Below are positions 19,701-29,483 of a DNA stretch of 64,000 nucleotides, piece after piece. Positions within the stretch are counted from its first letter, which is position 1, and each line of letters starts with the position of its first letter. This DNA is from Myxococcales bacterium (GTDB lineage: Bacteria; Myxococcota_A; Polyangia; Polyangiales; DASUME01), in contig JASGJH010000001.1 in assembly GCA_047601445.1 (NCBI GenBank), positions 2,592,001-2,656,000 on the forward strand. The letters run 5' to 3'. Below the pieces are notes generated by a model. That model ran no database searches. It saw nothing but the letters and a program-made list of their open reading frames with translations, and was not told where the DNA came from. The translations under genes and the position numbers were made by a program.

Positions 19701-20002
19701 AGCTCGGCTACGACGACGACGTCGAAGGCGGCAGCGGCACCGCGGTCTCGCTGCTCTACAACATCAGCGGTCCGCGCCTGCGCGCCATCGGTAACGCGAT
19801 GGCCGGCATCCCGGATCAGTACGAGCAGCCTTTCCACCAGCTGGACCTGGTGGCGAGCCAGCGCCTGCCGCACAACCTGCAGCTCGGCCTGCGCGGACAG
19901 AACCTGCTCAACGCCACCCAGCGCTGGACCCAGGGCCACATCACCACGCGCGAGTTCAAGCGCGGTGTCTACATCGTGGCCAACCTGGCCTGGAGCTACT
20001 GA
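16757..20002 (+). CDS. TonB-dependent receptor with N-terminal carboxypeptidase-regulatory-like domains (start may be ATG 16799)
   Basis: Plug motifs ASALSRVTG, VRGMGERY, VPLDLFP, EFGGG.I; beta-barrel ending GQNLLN...ANLAWSY. Confidence 0.9.
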   Translation: MEPPLREVTPPVLGMRRLALSALRSLSAALLILCGSLLGAQHVRAQPTVEAAQQEQGAVHLVLFGTSDQLLAGVTVEIDGQSAQTAQDGSVTATPTPGTHKLRLRVPHALVPEAPTQDAEWVVDVSDVAVLANQTTEVMVTLSPSGGIAGLDIQAPEAAGGSHSLQREFQEKVAEQPAGTIQGTVTAKEDGSPVAGARVYVRGAPVETATDDNGFFTLTMPAGKCQLAVVHPSYATQSVPDVEVRGGKVNAVTAQLSPASMEIDEFLVTAPHIEGGIASLISERRESSNVADVIGAEQMSRSGATNAASALSRVTGLTVVDGKFVVVRGMGERYSSMLVNNMFVPSPEPTRRVVPLDLFPAGILDSVVVQKTFSPDAPAEFGGGVIQLRTRSYPDRFMANVSVGGGVNSQSTFRNNLNYSGGKRDYLGIDDGNRALPGPIDHSKKITKFNALTGGYTDEERAKYGKMLRNDLQEKRERTLPDLTLTGSIGNRWNLRHAKIGFVAALGYRSQTRALRDSLLRSVTNTGSKLQIDNDLRVNNTERQISTSGFLDWGVEFSERNKLKFTSMLLRQTDDTTTQLSGKFGTGGGSTTPDSVQTRLGWIERQLFDQQISGKHIIPKLNDFQLDWRYSFAQANRNEPDRRDYFYSDNGSGSFELSQAAGDYERQWGTLTDRTYQVGLDLTQPINIWSQLKAKAKVGGLVYWRNRDSHVRRFEFQGGLDPMTLAKPINQIYTPQRIDSGAVNLIETTFAQDSYTAKMQLNAAYAMLELPLLKNLDIMGGARVEQAIISVTSFDQFNPLAGAEKAELSKTPDVLPAITATWRFAEDFQLRAGYGKTVNRPDLRELSTSSYYDIETASTFAGVPTLKRALIDNVDGRLEYYFSSDEVFSVGAFYKRFKDPIETVFRNSADVLYTLQNSDKARLFGLEIEGRKRLGFLAEALDTLFIAGNFSWIDSEVTYTPDGLKKTSRPLQSQSPWVVNAQLGYDDDVEGGSGTAVSLLYNISGPRLRAIGNAMAGIPDQYEQPFHQLDLVASQRLPHNLQLGLRGQNLLNATQRWTQGHITTREFKRGVYIVANLAWSY

Positions 20003-20061
20003 TACGCTAGGGCTACTGGTTGTCCGAGCTGCTCATTCTTGTGAGAATGGAGACGTAAACG

Positions 20062-20538
20062 ATGCGAACCCTGCTCGTGCTTTCGTTGTGTGTGCTCTGC
20101 GGCTGCGCCTCGGCGCCGAAAAAAGAAGGCTATTCGAAGGTGATTTCGCCGGCTCAGTCCGGCAATCCCACCTCCTGGGACGAGAACGAGATGCGGGCCC
20201 CGGTGGCCATCCGCACGCTGCGGCGCACCCCCGAAGCGAGCTTCCATCTGGCGCGCATCAAGGCCGAGCTCGGACGTCGCCTGCACGAGAAGTCGGATCT
20301 CACGCTGGTGGTCGTGAATGGCCAGCTGGAGCTCTCGCTGGGCGACGAGACGGTCCAGGCCGGCGCCGGCGACGTGGTGGAGATCCCGCGCGGCACGCCC
20401 TACGCAGTGCTCAACAAGGGCCGCGACGCGGGCGTCCTGTACCTGGTGTTCACGCCCGGCCTGGCCGATGACGACACGCGCAACCGTCCGGTCGCGACCA
20501 GCGAAAGCTCCTGGCGCTGGAACCTCTGGCTGCAGTGA
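20062..20538 (+). CDS. Cupin-domain lipoprotein
   Basis: Lipobox LCG-C; H.KSD..LVVVNG...AGDVVEIPRGTP cupin motifs. Confidence 0.75.
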   Translation: MRTLLVLSLCVLCGCASAPKKEGYSKVISPAQSGNPTSWDENEMRAPVAIRTLRRTPEASFHLARIKAELGRRLHEKSDLTLVVVNGQLELSLGDETVQAGAGDVVEIPRGTPYAVLNKGRDAGVLYLVFTPGLADDDTRNRPVATSESSWRWNLWLQ

Positions 20539-20571
20539 GCCGCGCTGTGCGCCGAGCGCGGCGTGCGGAAA

Positions 20572-21858
20572 CTAGAACTTGTGCCTGAATCCGGCGCTCA
20601 GCGCGTACTCCACCGCGCCGATGCCGCGCACCGACGTGAACGTGCTGCCTAGATCGCTCTGCACCAGCAGATCGAAGCTGTGGCTCACCGGCAGCGCGAA
20701 CGTGAGCAGGCCGCGCAGGTAAGGACGGACCTCGGTGCTGCTCGACGCATGGGTGGCGACGAGGACGCCGAAGCTGAGACCAAGGTCGAGTTCGAAGTCG
20801 GGAGAGACGAAGCGCCGCTGGAGCATCGCGAGCGCAGCACGGCGCGCCTTCTGGAACGGCTCGGGCTGTCCTCGCGCGCCCAGGTAGCTGAGCCCAAAGT
20901 CGAAGCGAGGGTAGCGGCGCAGGAGGTTCACCTCGTAGCGCAGGAACGCGCCCCCCTTGGTGACACCACCTCCCGCCAACAGGCCGAGCGCCACGTCCTG
21001 GCGACGCCGTTCGATCGCGGGCTCGGGCGCTGTCGGCCAGGCCGGGATTGGCGCGGGGCGATAGCTACGCTGCGCATACGGCGGTGCCCAGGGGTTGATG
21101 GGACTGCCCGGATTGAAATAGGGGTCCCAGGCTCCGAAGCGACGGTAGGTGGTGTCCCACGGGTCGAGCACCTCGAGCTCGGGCCGGCTGGGCCAGCCAG
21201 CCTGGTGCCGCGGGTCGACGCAGATCATGCCGGAGGGGCAAAATGGATCTTGGACCTCGCCCACGTCGAGTCGCGCGAAGGCATCGGCCCACAACATCTC
21301 CAGAATGGCTTTCACCATCACTGCGACGGGGTCCGCGCCCAACTCGCTGCGTGAGAGCTGCCGCCAGACCTCGGCCCTCTGCAGCGGGGTCACGCGCAAC
21401 ACCAGGCTGTGCTCGTCGAGGCCGGCAAAGATGCTCGCGTGGACACGGCGAGCCCGCGGATCCATCAGGGGCACCACGTCGCGTGCCAGCGCCTCGCTCA
21501 AGCGCCGACGCAGCTCGTTGGCCAGAAGCTCATCCAGGCCCTGGGTCAAGAGCAACACCGGAGACAGCATCGAGCTTGGGTGACTCTCGGGCGTGGCGAC
21601 GGGCGGGCGCGCGCCAGTGGAAGCCGGCGGCACGTCGGTCGCGGGCTCGGAAGCCTGGGCAGGCTGGGCTTGGTCCTGCGTCGGTGCGGTCTGCGTGGGT
21701 GTCGGTGAGGGCTCCTGGGCCCGCGCGCGAGCGAAGCAACCACCCGCGATTAACCAGAGCGTGAGCAGCGCGACGGAGACCCCCCGTCCGCCCGCACTGT
21801 TCGACCTTTTCTCACGCGCGCGTCCAAACCGCGCCCCCGCTTGCCTCGTCCTGGTCAT
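20572..21858 (-). CDS. Hypothetical exported protein, possible C-terminal beta-barrel
   Basis: Signal-like segment ending ARA-Q, Pro/Gln-rich linker, alternating strands ending in F. Confidence 0.6.
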   Translation of the reverse strand: MTRTRQAGARFGRAREKRSNSAGGRGVSVALLTLWLIAGGCFARARAQEPSPTPTQTAPTQDQAQPAQASEPATDVPPASTGARPPVATPESHPSSMLSPVLLLTQGLDELLANELRRRLSEALARDVVPLMDPRARRVHASIFAGLDEHSLVLRVTPLQRAEVWRQLSRSELGADPVAVMVKAILEMLWADAFARLDVGEVQDPFCPSGMICVDPRHQAGWPSRPELEVLDPWDTTYRRFGAWDPYFNPGSPINPWAPPYAQRSYRPAPIPAWPTAPEPAIERRRQDVALGLLAGGGVTKGGAFLRYEVNLLRRYPRFDFGLSYLGARGQPEPFQKARRAALAMLQRRFVSPDFELDLGLSFGVLVATHASSSTEVRPYLRGLLTFALPVSHSFDLLVQSDLGSTFTSVRGIGAVEYALSAGFRHKF

Positions 21859-21924
21859 CGACTGGCGATGCTAACGCGAAAGTCCTCGGGCTTGCCGGCC
21901 TCCGGCGACCTGGCCGCGAGCGAA

Positions 21925-23988
21925 CTAGGCCGCGTCCTCGAGCAACCCTGCGCGCTTGAGCAGGGCCTTGGGACTCGGCTCGCGCCCCATGAAGGCCGTG
22001 TAGAGCTCCATCGGATCGGCTTCGTTCCCGCGAGAAAGCACACGCGAGCGGAATTCCTCGCCGACCTCCCGGCTCAGCACCCCGGCGTCGGCGAAGCGCG
22101 AGAACGCGTCGGCCTCCAGTACCTCGGCCCATTTGTAACTGTAATAACCAGCGGCGTAGCCCACGGGCGAAGCGAACAGGTGAGTGAAGCCCGCGATCAT
22201 CGCGTAGTCCTCGGGCAGCACACTGGGGGCGTGAGCCTGGAAAATGCCTCGCGCGTACTCGATCACATCCCCGTCCCGCGCCGGCTCGTACTCGATGTGC
22301 ATACGTAGATCGGCAGCGCCGAGCCCGAGCTGCCGCATCTGCGCGTTGGCGGCGCGGAAGGTCCGGGTGCGGGCGAGCTTGGTCAATAGCTCGTCCGGAA
22401 TGGGAGCCTTGGTCTGGTAGTGGCGCGCGAACGAGTCGAGCACCGCACGCTCCCAGCAGAAGTTCTCCATGATCATCGAGGGCAACTCGACGAAGTCCCA
22501 GGCCACGCGCGTACCGGCGAGGGATCGCACCTTGGGCCTGCCGAGCAAGTGGTGCAGCAGGTGACCGAACTCGTGGAACAGGGTCTCCACGTCCTGGTGG
22601 GTCAGGAGCGCCGGCTTGTCACCCACGGGCGGGCTCGCATTGGCGCACATCACACCGAGGTGCTTGCTATGGCGGCTGCCGGGCAAGCCCGTAATGAAGT
22701 CGGCCATCCAGGCGCCGCCGCGCTTGGACTCACGCGGATAGAGGTCCGCGTAGAACGCGCCGATCTCGTGCTCAGGGCCCTCCCCCTTGCCGTTGAGGAC
22801 CACGTAGTAGCGAACGTCCGGGTGGTAGGTCGGCACGTTCTTGCGCTGACGGACCTGAATCCCGTAGATGCGCTCGACCAGCGAAAACAGCCCCTCGAGC
22901 ACCGCGTCCACCGAGAAATAGGGGCGCAACAGCTCCTCGTCGAAGTCGTAGCGACTCTTGCGCAGCTTCTCCGCGTAGTAGCTGACGTCCCAGGGCTCCA
23001 ACGCCTTCGCCTGCGGCCCCTCGAGCTCGCGTCGGAACTCCAGGAGTTCTTGATTCTCGCGCTCGAAGTGCTGCTCCGTGGCGGCGCGCAGCTCGTCCAG
23101 GAAGGACACGGCCTTGGCTCCGGTCTTGGCCATGCGATCCTCGAGGTTGAGGTCAGCGAAGTTCGCGAACCCCAGCAGCCGCGCCTTCTCCTTCCGCAGC
23201 CGCAGGATGTCCTTGATGAGAGCCCGATTGTCGTGGGGTGCCTTGGTGGCCCGGGTGTTGAAGCCCCGGTAGAACTGCTCGCGCAGCCCCGCGTCGTCCG
23301 CGTAGCTCATGATCGCGACGTAGCTCGGCTGTTGCAGCGTGAAGCGGTAGCTGCCGGCCTTTCCGCGCGCCTTGGCGCTCTCGGCCGCCGCGTCCAGGGC
23401 GCTCTCGGGCAGGCCCCCGAGCCGCGACGTGTCGGGCAGGATGAGCTCGAAGGCGTTGGTGGCGTCGAGCAGGTTCTGTGAGTACTGCGTGGTGAGCTTG
23501 GATAGCTCCACGCTGAGCTGCGACAGCTGCTTCTTACGATCGTCGTCGAGCTCGGCCCCGTGGCGCTTGAAGTCGTCCAGGGTCTGGCTCAAGAACCGCG
23601 CCTTGGCCGTCTCGAGCCCCTTGGCGTCGGCGGTGGCGGCGTAGGCCTTGAGGGCAGCGTAGAGGTCCGCGTCGAGCGGGATGCTCGCGTAGAACTCGCT
23701 GATCTTGGGCTGCACCGCGTTGTAGGCCTCGCGCAGGGCGGGGGTGGTGGCCACGGCCTCCAGGTGCCCCACGATGGCCATCGCGTGTTCCAGCTCCTCG
23801 GTCGCTCCGTCGAGCACGCCGAGCGTGTTCTCGTACGTGCGGGGCCCGCTTACCTGGGTGATGGCTTTCAAACGCGCACGGGATCGCGTGAGCAGGGCGT
23901 CGACGGCTTCTTCCACGTGTTCGGCCGCGATGGCATCGAACGGGACGTCGAAATCGTAGGCAAGCAGAGGATTTGCGGCTTCAGGCAT
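21925..23988 (-). CDS. prlC: M3A family oligopeptidase A
   Basis: ANPLL start; KRGGAWM, TLFHEFGH zinc motif, WDFVELPS, YAAGYYSYKWAEVL. Confidence 0.9.
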   Translation of the reverse strand: MPEAANPLLAYDFDVPFDAIAAEHVEEAVDALLTRSRARLKAITQVSGPRTYENTLGVLDGATEELEHAMAIVGHLEAVATTPALREAYNAVQPKISEFYASIPLDADLYAALKAYAATADAKGLETAKARFLSQTLDDFKRHGAELDDDRKKQLSQLSVELSKLTTQYSQNLLDATNAFELILPDTSRLGGLPESALDAAAESAKARGKAGSYRFTLQQPSYVAIMSYADDAGLREQFYRGFNTRATKAPHDNRALIKDILRLRKEKARLLGFANFADLNLEDRMAKTGAKAVSFLDELRAATEQHFERENQELLEFRRELEGPQAKALEPWDVSYYAEKLRKSRYDFDEELLRPYFSVDAVLEGLFSLVERIYGIQVRQRKNVPTYHPDVRYYVVLNGKGEGPEHEIGAFYADLYPRESKRGGAWMADFITGLPGSRHSKHLGVMCANASPPVGDKPALLTHQDVETLFHEFGHLLHHLLGRPKVRSLAGTRVAWDFVELPSMIMENFCWERAVLDSFARHYQTKAPIPDELLTKLARTRTFRAANAQMRQLGLGAADLRMHIEYEPARDGDVIEYARGIFQAHAPSVLPEDYAMIAGFTHLFASPVGYAAGYYSYKWAEVLEADAFSRFADAGVLSREVGEEFRSRVLSRGNEADPMELYTAFMGREPSPKALLKRAGLLEDAA

Positions 23989-24133
23989 GTTTGGAGTGTA
24001 GCCCAGGGCAAAAATCAGGTGGCGAGCAGGTTTCAGCCCGGGAGAAACGTCCATTTCCCCGCAGTTTAAGCGAGCCCAGTCGGCCGCCCTCGGGTTGCCG
24101 AGGGGGGGTACCCGTGTCAAACACGGCGGCTTT

Positions 24134-25945
24134 ATGACCACGCCGACTCGCCCCGATCTGCGCAACATCGCCATCATCGCTCACGTTGACCACGGGAAAA
24201 CCACCCTCGTCGACGCCATGCTCAAGCAGACCGGCACGTTCAGAGAGAACGAGGCCGTGGCTGACCGCGTGATGGACTCGAACGACCTCGAGCGCGAGCG
24301 CGGCATCACCATCCTCGCCAAGAACGCCTCCTGCTCCTACAAGGGCGTGCGCATCAACATCATCGACACCCCCGGCCACGCCGACTTCGGTGGTGAGGTG
24401 GAGCGCACCATCAGCATGGCGGACGGCGTGCTCCTGCTGGTGGACGCCGCCGAGGGCCCGCTGCCGCAGACGCGCTTCGTGCTCAGCAAGGCGCTCGAGC
24501 TGGGCATCCCGGTGGTGGTCGTGATCAACAAGATCGACCGTCCCGACGCGCGTCCCGACGAAGTGCTCACCGAGACCTTCGACCTGTTCTGCGAGCTCGA
24601 GGCGAGCGAGGAGCAGCTCGACTTCGGCACCGTGTACACCATCGCGAAGCACGGCCTGGCCAAGCTCGCCCTCACGGACGAAACGAACGATCTTTCGCCG
24701 CTCCTCGAGACCATCCTGACGCGCGTGCACCCGCCCAAGGCCGACGTGGAGGGTGGGCTCCAGATGCTCGTCACCAACGTCGAGTACGACGAGTACGTGG
24801 GTCGTTTGGCCGTGGGCAAGATCCGCCGCGGCAAGGTCAAAGCCGGCGACCAAGTCCTACGCATGACCGACGCGGGCAATACGCAGCACAAGGTCAGCAT
24901 GCTGTACGGCATGCGCGGCGTGAAGCGCACCTCGCTCGATGAGGCCAGCGCCGGCGACATCGTGATGATCGCTGGCATGGACGAGGTGAACATCGGCGAC
25001 ACCATCGCCTCGCCGACCGTGCCCGAGGCGCTGCCGCGCATCGTGGTCGAGGAGCCCACGATCAAGGTGCGTTTCCACGTGAACAGCTCTCCGTTCGCCG
25101 GCAAGAGCGGCAAGTGGGTCACCTCGCGCCACCTGCGCGACCGCCTCGAGCGCGAGATGCGCAAGAACCTGGCGATGAAGATGGAAGAGACGGACACCCC
25201 CGACGCCTTCACGGTGTACGGCCGCGGTGAGCTGATGATCGCCATCTTGCTCGAGAACATGCGCCGCGAGGGCTACGAGGTCGCGGTCTCCATGCCCGAG
25301 GTCGTCACCAAGGAGATCGACGGCGTGCTCAGCGAGCCCGTGGAGCGCGTCATCGTCGACGTGCCCGACGAGTACGTGGGCGCCATCACGCAGCGTCTCG
25401 GCGAGCGCCGTGGCCGCATGGACAAGATGATGAACCTGGGCTTCGGGCGTTCACGCGTGGAGTTCGTGGTGCCTTCGCGTGGCCTCATCGGCTTCCGCGG
25501 CATGTTCCTCACGGACACGCGCGGCACCGGCCTCCTCAACACCCAGTTCCACGGCTGGCAGGCCTTCAGCGGTTCCATGCAGCTGCGTCCCAACGGCGCC
25601 ATGGTGAGCGACCGTCAGGGCACCGCCATCCCCTACGCTCTGTTCAACCTGCAGCCCCGCGGCATCATGTTCGTTCCGCCGGGTGTGGACGTCTACGAGG
25701 GCATGATCATCGGCGAGCACAATCGCGAGAACGACCTCGACGTGAACGCCTGCCGCGAGAAGAAGCTCACCAACATCCGTGCGGCCGGCCGCGATGAGAA
25801 CATCATCCTCACGCCGCCGCGCAACATGACCATCGAGCTCGCGATGGAGTGGATCGACGGCGACGAGCTGGTGGAGATCACCCCCGACGCCGTGCGCGTG
25901 CGCAAGAAGATCCTCGAGTGTAGCCGCCGCCCCAAGCGCACCTGA
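24134..25945 (+). CDS. typA: Translational GTPase TypA/BipA
   Basis: [52 protein letters not shown]. Confidence 0.97.
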   Translation: MTTPTRPDLRNIAIIAHVDHGKTTLVDAMLKQTGTFRENEAVADRVMDSNDLERERGITILAKNASCSYKGVRINIIDTPGHADFGGEVERTISMADGVLLLVDAAEGPLPQTRFVLSKALELGIPVVVVINKIDRPDARPDEVLTETFDLFCELEASEEQLDFGTVYTIAKHGLAKLALTDETNDLSPLLETILTRVHPPKADVEGGLQMLVTNVEYDEYVGRLAVGKIRRGKVKAGDQVLRMTDAGNTQHKVSMLYGMRGVKRTSLDEASAGDIVMIAGMDEVNIGDTIASPTVPEALPRIVVEEPTIKVRFHVNSSPFAGKSGKWVTSRHLRDRLEREMRKNLAMKMEETDTPDAFTVYGRGELMIAILLENMRREGYEVAVSMPEVVTKEIDGVLSEPVERVIVDVPDEYVGAITQRLGERRGRMDKMMNLGFGRSRVEFVVPSRGLIGFRGMFLTDTRGTGLLNTQFHGWQAFSGSMQLRPNGAMVSDRQGTAIPYALFNLQPRGIMFVPPGVDVYEGMIIGEHNRENDLDVNACREKKLTNIRAAGRDENIILTPPRNMTIELAMEWIDGDELVEITPDAVRVRKKILECSRRPKRT

Positions 25946-25947
25946 TC

Positions 25948-26058
25948 GCCGCGACGGCTGGGAGGGCGCGTGCCCTCCCGTGAGCGCAGCGAACCTCGCG
26001 GATGGATGGGTTCCGGCGCGGCGTTGCCGCGACGGGCGGGAGGGAGCGTGCCCTCCCG
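25948..26058. repeat. Two direct 33-bp REP-like palindromic units (25948-25980, 26026-26058)
   Basis: gccgcgacggNNgggagggNgcgtgccctcccg twice; each has a gggaggg/ccctccc stem. Confidence 0.75.
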
Positions 26059-26079
26059 CAAACAAGCTATCCTTGTCCC

Positions 26080-26907
26080 ATGGCACTCGATCCCATCCTG
26101 GCGCCTGAAGCGCTCTCTCACCTGGAACAACCCGTTCTGCTCGACTGTCGGGCTGGAGCCAAGGCTCGAGCGGACTTCGAGAGCGGGCACCTACGCGGAG
26201 CCATCTTCGCGGATCTCGAGCGGGACCTCGCGCACCCCCAGGCCCCCGAGCACGGTGGGCGCCACCCCCTGCCCGACGTGTCCACCTTCGCAGCCACGCT
26301 GGGCAGGTGGGGCATCACGCCCGAGTCCCACGTAGTCGCCTACGACGACCAGGCGGGCGCCAACGCCGCAGCCCGACTGTGGTGGATGTTGCGGGCGCTG
26401 GGCCACGCCAAGGTGCAGATCCTGGACGGCGGATTGCCGGCCGCCGTCGCAGCGGGCCACGCGCTCACCGACGAGCGCCCTAGTGTCGCGCCCAAGCCGC
26501 CCTACCCCACGCTCGGCTTTGGGCTTCCCGTGGCGGATATCACCGAGGTCGATCGGGTGCGCACCGCGCGGGATCATCGCGTGCTCGATGTGCGCGCGGC
26601 GTTTCGCTACCGCGGCGAGAGCGAGCCCATCGATCCCGTGGCAGGCCACATCCCGGGTGCGCAGAACCTGCCGTTCGGAGAGAACCTGCTCGACGGTCGG
26701 TTTCGCTCCGCCAAGGAGCTGCGCGCACTCTACCGCGAACTGCTGGGGGATGTACCGAGTGAGAACCTGATCGTGCACTGCGGCTCGGGCGTCACCGCTT
26801 GTCACACGCTGGCAGCGCTCGAACGGGCAGGCATCCAGGGCGCGAAGCTCTACGTGGGCTCCTGGAGCGAGTGGTGCCGCGACCCGGCGCGCCCACGCGA
26901 GCCCTGA
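26080..26907 (+). CDS. Tandem-rhodanese sulfurtransferase (SseA-like)
   Basis: GRHPLP, AARLWWML, LDGG, GHIPGA, active-site CGSGVTAC, YVGSWSEW. Confidence 0.92.
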   Translation: MALDPILAPEALSHLEQPVLLDCRAGAKARADFESGHLRGAIFADLERDLAHPQAPEHGGRHPLPDVSTFAATLGRWGITPESHVVAYDDQAGANAAARLWWMLRALGHAKVQILDGGLPAAVAAGHALTDERPSVAPKPPYPTLGFGLPVADITEVDRVRTARDHRVLDVRAAFRYRGESEPIDPVAGHIPGAQNLPFGENLLDGRFRSAKELRALYRELLGDVPSENLIVHCGSGVTACHTLAALERAGIQGAKLYVGSWSEWCRDPARPREP

Positions 26908-26928
26908 TCCCAGCCTGGACGCAGCGAG

Positions 26929-28749
26929 CTACTCGCCCGTGTGATCGAGCGGCTCGGGGTCAGCATCCCCCGTCGGCTCCACGGCCGAAGCGCGAGCGGG
27001 CGCGGCCGGAAGCTTGACCCAGAACACGCTGCCGCCGCGCTCGCGGGGTCGCATGTTGACGGTGCCGTGCATGGCTTCCACCAGGTGCTTGACGATGGAG
27101 AGTCCGAGGCCGGTGCCGCCCATGTCGCGCGATCGGCCTGGATCCACACGATAGAAGCGCTCGAAGAGCCGCGCACGGTGCGATTCGGGCACCCCCGGGC
27201 CGGTATCCCAGACTTCGAAGATCGCACAATCGTGGTCGCGCCTGGCCTCGAGCCCGATCACGCCGCCCTTCGGGGTGTACTTGATGGCGTTGTCGACCAA
27301 GTTCACCAGCACGTGCTCCAGCGAGCGGGCATCGGCGACGAACTCGAGGTCGTCCTCCACCTGCACCTCGAAGGTGAGGCCACGACCGAGGGCGCGCGTC
27401 TCGAGCAGGTCGAGCACTGCGCCCACCGGGCCTTCGGCCGTCATGGGCTTGAGGTCGACCTCGTAGCTGCCCGCCTCGATGCGCGATAGATCGAGCAGCT
27501 CGTTGACCAAGCGCGACAGGCGCTCGGCGTTGCGCTGTACGGCCCCAAGGAACTCCTGGCTGCGCAGCGGGTCCGACAGCGCCCCCCCTGCCAGCGTCTC
27601 CACGTTGGCGCTGATGATGCTCACGGGCGTGCGCAGCTCGTGGGAGACGTTGGCTACGAAGTCGCGGCGCATGGTCTCCAGCTTGCGCAGCTCGGTCACG
27701 TCGCGCAGCACGAGCACGCTCTGCTTGCGTGAGCCCTCCGGCGCGGCCGTGGCGGAGAGCGTGCGGCGGGGCGGTCCTTGCCAGGTAAACTCCGCGTGCG
27801 CGGTCTCGCCCGCCTTGGCGCGCTCCACGATCTCGAGCAGCGCCGGCACCCGAATGACCTCGATCAACGGCGTCCCAGTGGGCGCGCGCGGGAGTCCAAG
27901 CAGGCGCAGCGCGGAGCGGTTGATCTCGGTGACCTGGAGCTTGTTGTCGATGGCGAGCACTGCGTCCGTCAAGCTCTCCAGGATGGCACCGATGCGGTCA
28001 CGCTCGACGCTCAGGGTGCGCATGGTGCGCTCGAGCTCGTCCGCCATGTGATTGAAGGATCCCGCCAACCCTCCGAGCTCGTCTCCGGGTTCCACGGAGA
28101 GCCGCTCGCCGCCCGCACCGCTAGCCAGCACACGCGCGCGCGACACCAGACGCATCAAGCTGCGAGAGGCGAAGTAGGAGGCAAGTCCGCCCATCATGGC
28201 GGCCACGGCCAAGCCGAGCAGCACGGCGCCCGTGATGAGCCAGCGCATCTGCGAGATCAGGGCATCGACGTAGGCCAGCGACATGGCCACACGCACCACA
28301 CCATCACCGTCGGCACGCTTGAAGGGCACGGCCAGATACATCATCTGCGCGCGCACCGTGTTGCTGTAGCGCGAGGAGAGACCACGCCCGTCTTGCTTGG
28401 CGTGCATCACCTCTGGCCGGGTGCCGTGGTTGTCGAGCCCGGCGAGCTCCGACTCCGACAAGGACGAATCCGCGAGCACCGTGCCGCGGGCGTCGATCAC
28501 CGTGACGCGCGCCCGACTGGCCTTGCCGAGCTTGCGCACGAGGTTCTGGTGGCTGCCCAGGGACATCGCCCCCGGCGCCGTCTCCACGGACTCCGAGGTG
28601 ATCGCGGCTAGACGCTCGAGTTCCTCGCTGACCTGGTCGGACAGCAGTTTGCGCATCACCGTCTCGAGCAAGACGCCACTGGTGATCGCGGCCAGCGCGA
28701 TCAGGCCCAGCGAGATGACGAAGAGCTTACCGCGTATCCCGAGCTTCAA
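26929..28749 (-). CDS. phoR: PhoR-like sensor histidine kinase (TM-periplasmic-TM-HAMP-PAS-HisKA-HATPase)
   Basis: LDNH..RPEV, LETMRRDFVANVSHELRTP, NLVDNAIKY, FERFYRVD..RSR..GGTGLGLSIVKH; overlaps the regulator stop codon. Confidence 0.85.
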   Translation of the reverse strand: MKLGIRGKLFVISLGLIALAAITSGVLLETVMRKLLSDQVSEELERLAAITSESVETAPGAMSLGSHQNLVRKLGKASRARVTVIDARGTVLADSSLSESELAGLDNHGTRPEVMHAKQDGRGLSSRYSNTVRAQMMYLAVPFKRADGDGVVRVAMSLAYVDALISQMRWLITGAVLLGLAVAAMMGGLASYFASRSLMRLVSRARVLASGAGGERLSVEPGDELGGLAGSFNHMADELERTMRTLSVERDRIGAILESLTDAVLAIDNKLQVTEINRSALRLLGLPRAPTGTPLIEVIRVPALLEIVERAKAGETAHAEFTWQGPPRRTLSATAAPEGSRKQSVLVLRDVTELRKLETMRRDFVANVSHELRTPVSIISANVETLAGGALSDPLRSQEFLGAVQRNAERLSRLVNELLDLSRIEAGSYEVDLKPMTAEGPVGAVLDLLETRALGRGLTFEVQVEDDLEFVADARSLEHVLVNLVDNAIKYTPKGGVIGLEARRDHDCAIFEVWDTGPGVPESHRARLFERFYRVDPGRSRDMGGTGLGLSIVKHLVEAMHGTVNMRPRERGGSVFWVKLPAAPARASAVEPTGDADPEPLDHTGE

Positions 28750-29483
28750 GCGGCGTCCGAAGGGTGTGCGCGCAGGCGATAGCCCACGCCGCGGATGGTC
28801 TCGACGTACTCACCGGCAGCGCCGAGCTTCTCCCGCAGACGCTTCACGTGCGTGTCCACGGTGCGCGTGGTGATATCGGCGTGGATGCCCCAGACGTCCT
28901 CGAGCAACGTGGTGCGGGTCTGCACGCGACCGCGCCGGTCGAGCAAGGTCGTGAGCAACCGGAACTCGAGCGCCGTGAGCACGATCTCCTCACGCTGCAC
29001 CCAGACCTGGTGGGCATCCGGATCCAAATGGAGCAGGCCGAACTCGACCTTCTTGGCGGTGGGCGTGGCGGGTGCGTCGCGCGAACGGCGCAGCACGGCA
29101 CGGATGCGCAACATCAGCTCGCGCACGCTGAACGGCTTGGTCACATAGTCGTCGGCTCCGACCTCGAAGCCCACCACACGGTCGATCTCGTCGTCCTTGG
29201 CGGTCAGCATGACCACCGGCACCCGCCGCAAGCTCTCGTCCCCGCGCAGCTGGCGGCACAGCTCCGTGCCCGACATGTCCGGCAGCATCAGATCGAGCAA
29301 GATGAGATCCGGCACGGGCTTCTCGCGGGCGGCGCGCAAGGCCTCGACGCCATGCTTGGCCGTGCGCGTGCGGTAGCCCTCCTGCTGCAGGTTGTAGGCC
29401 AAGGTGTCGACGATATCGGACTCGTCGTCGACCACGAGGATCAGGGGGCGTTTGACTGGTTCGGCCGTGCTGTCTGAAACCAC
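28746..29483 (-). CDS. phoB: PhoB-like OmpR-family response regulator
   Basis: ILVVDDE, DLMLP, MLTAK, GADDYVTKPFS, RTVDTHVKRLREKL, ETIRGVGY; GTG start at 29483 chosen from GAGG RBS. Confidence 0.85.
   Translation of the reverse strand: MVSDSTAEPVKRPLILVVDDESDIVDTLAYNLQQEGYRTRTAKHGVEALRAAREKPVPDLILLDLMLPDMSGTELCRQLRGDESLRRVPVVMLTAKDDEIDRVVGFEVGADDYVTKPFSVRELMLRIRAVLRRSRDAPATPTAKKVEFGLLHLDPDAHQVWVQREEIVLTALEFRLLTTLLDRRGRVQTRTTLLEDVWGIHADITTRTVDTHVKRLREKLGAAGEYVETIRGVGYRLRAHPSDAA

Noticed and set aside
25948..26058. 33-bp repeat-spacer-repeat as a mini CRISPR
   Set aside because: Only two imperfect copies, no leader and no cas genes; a REP-like reading fits better
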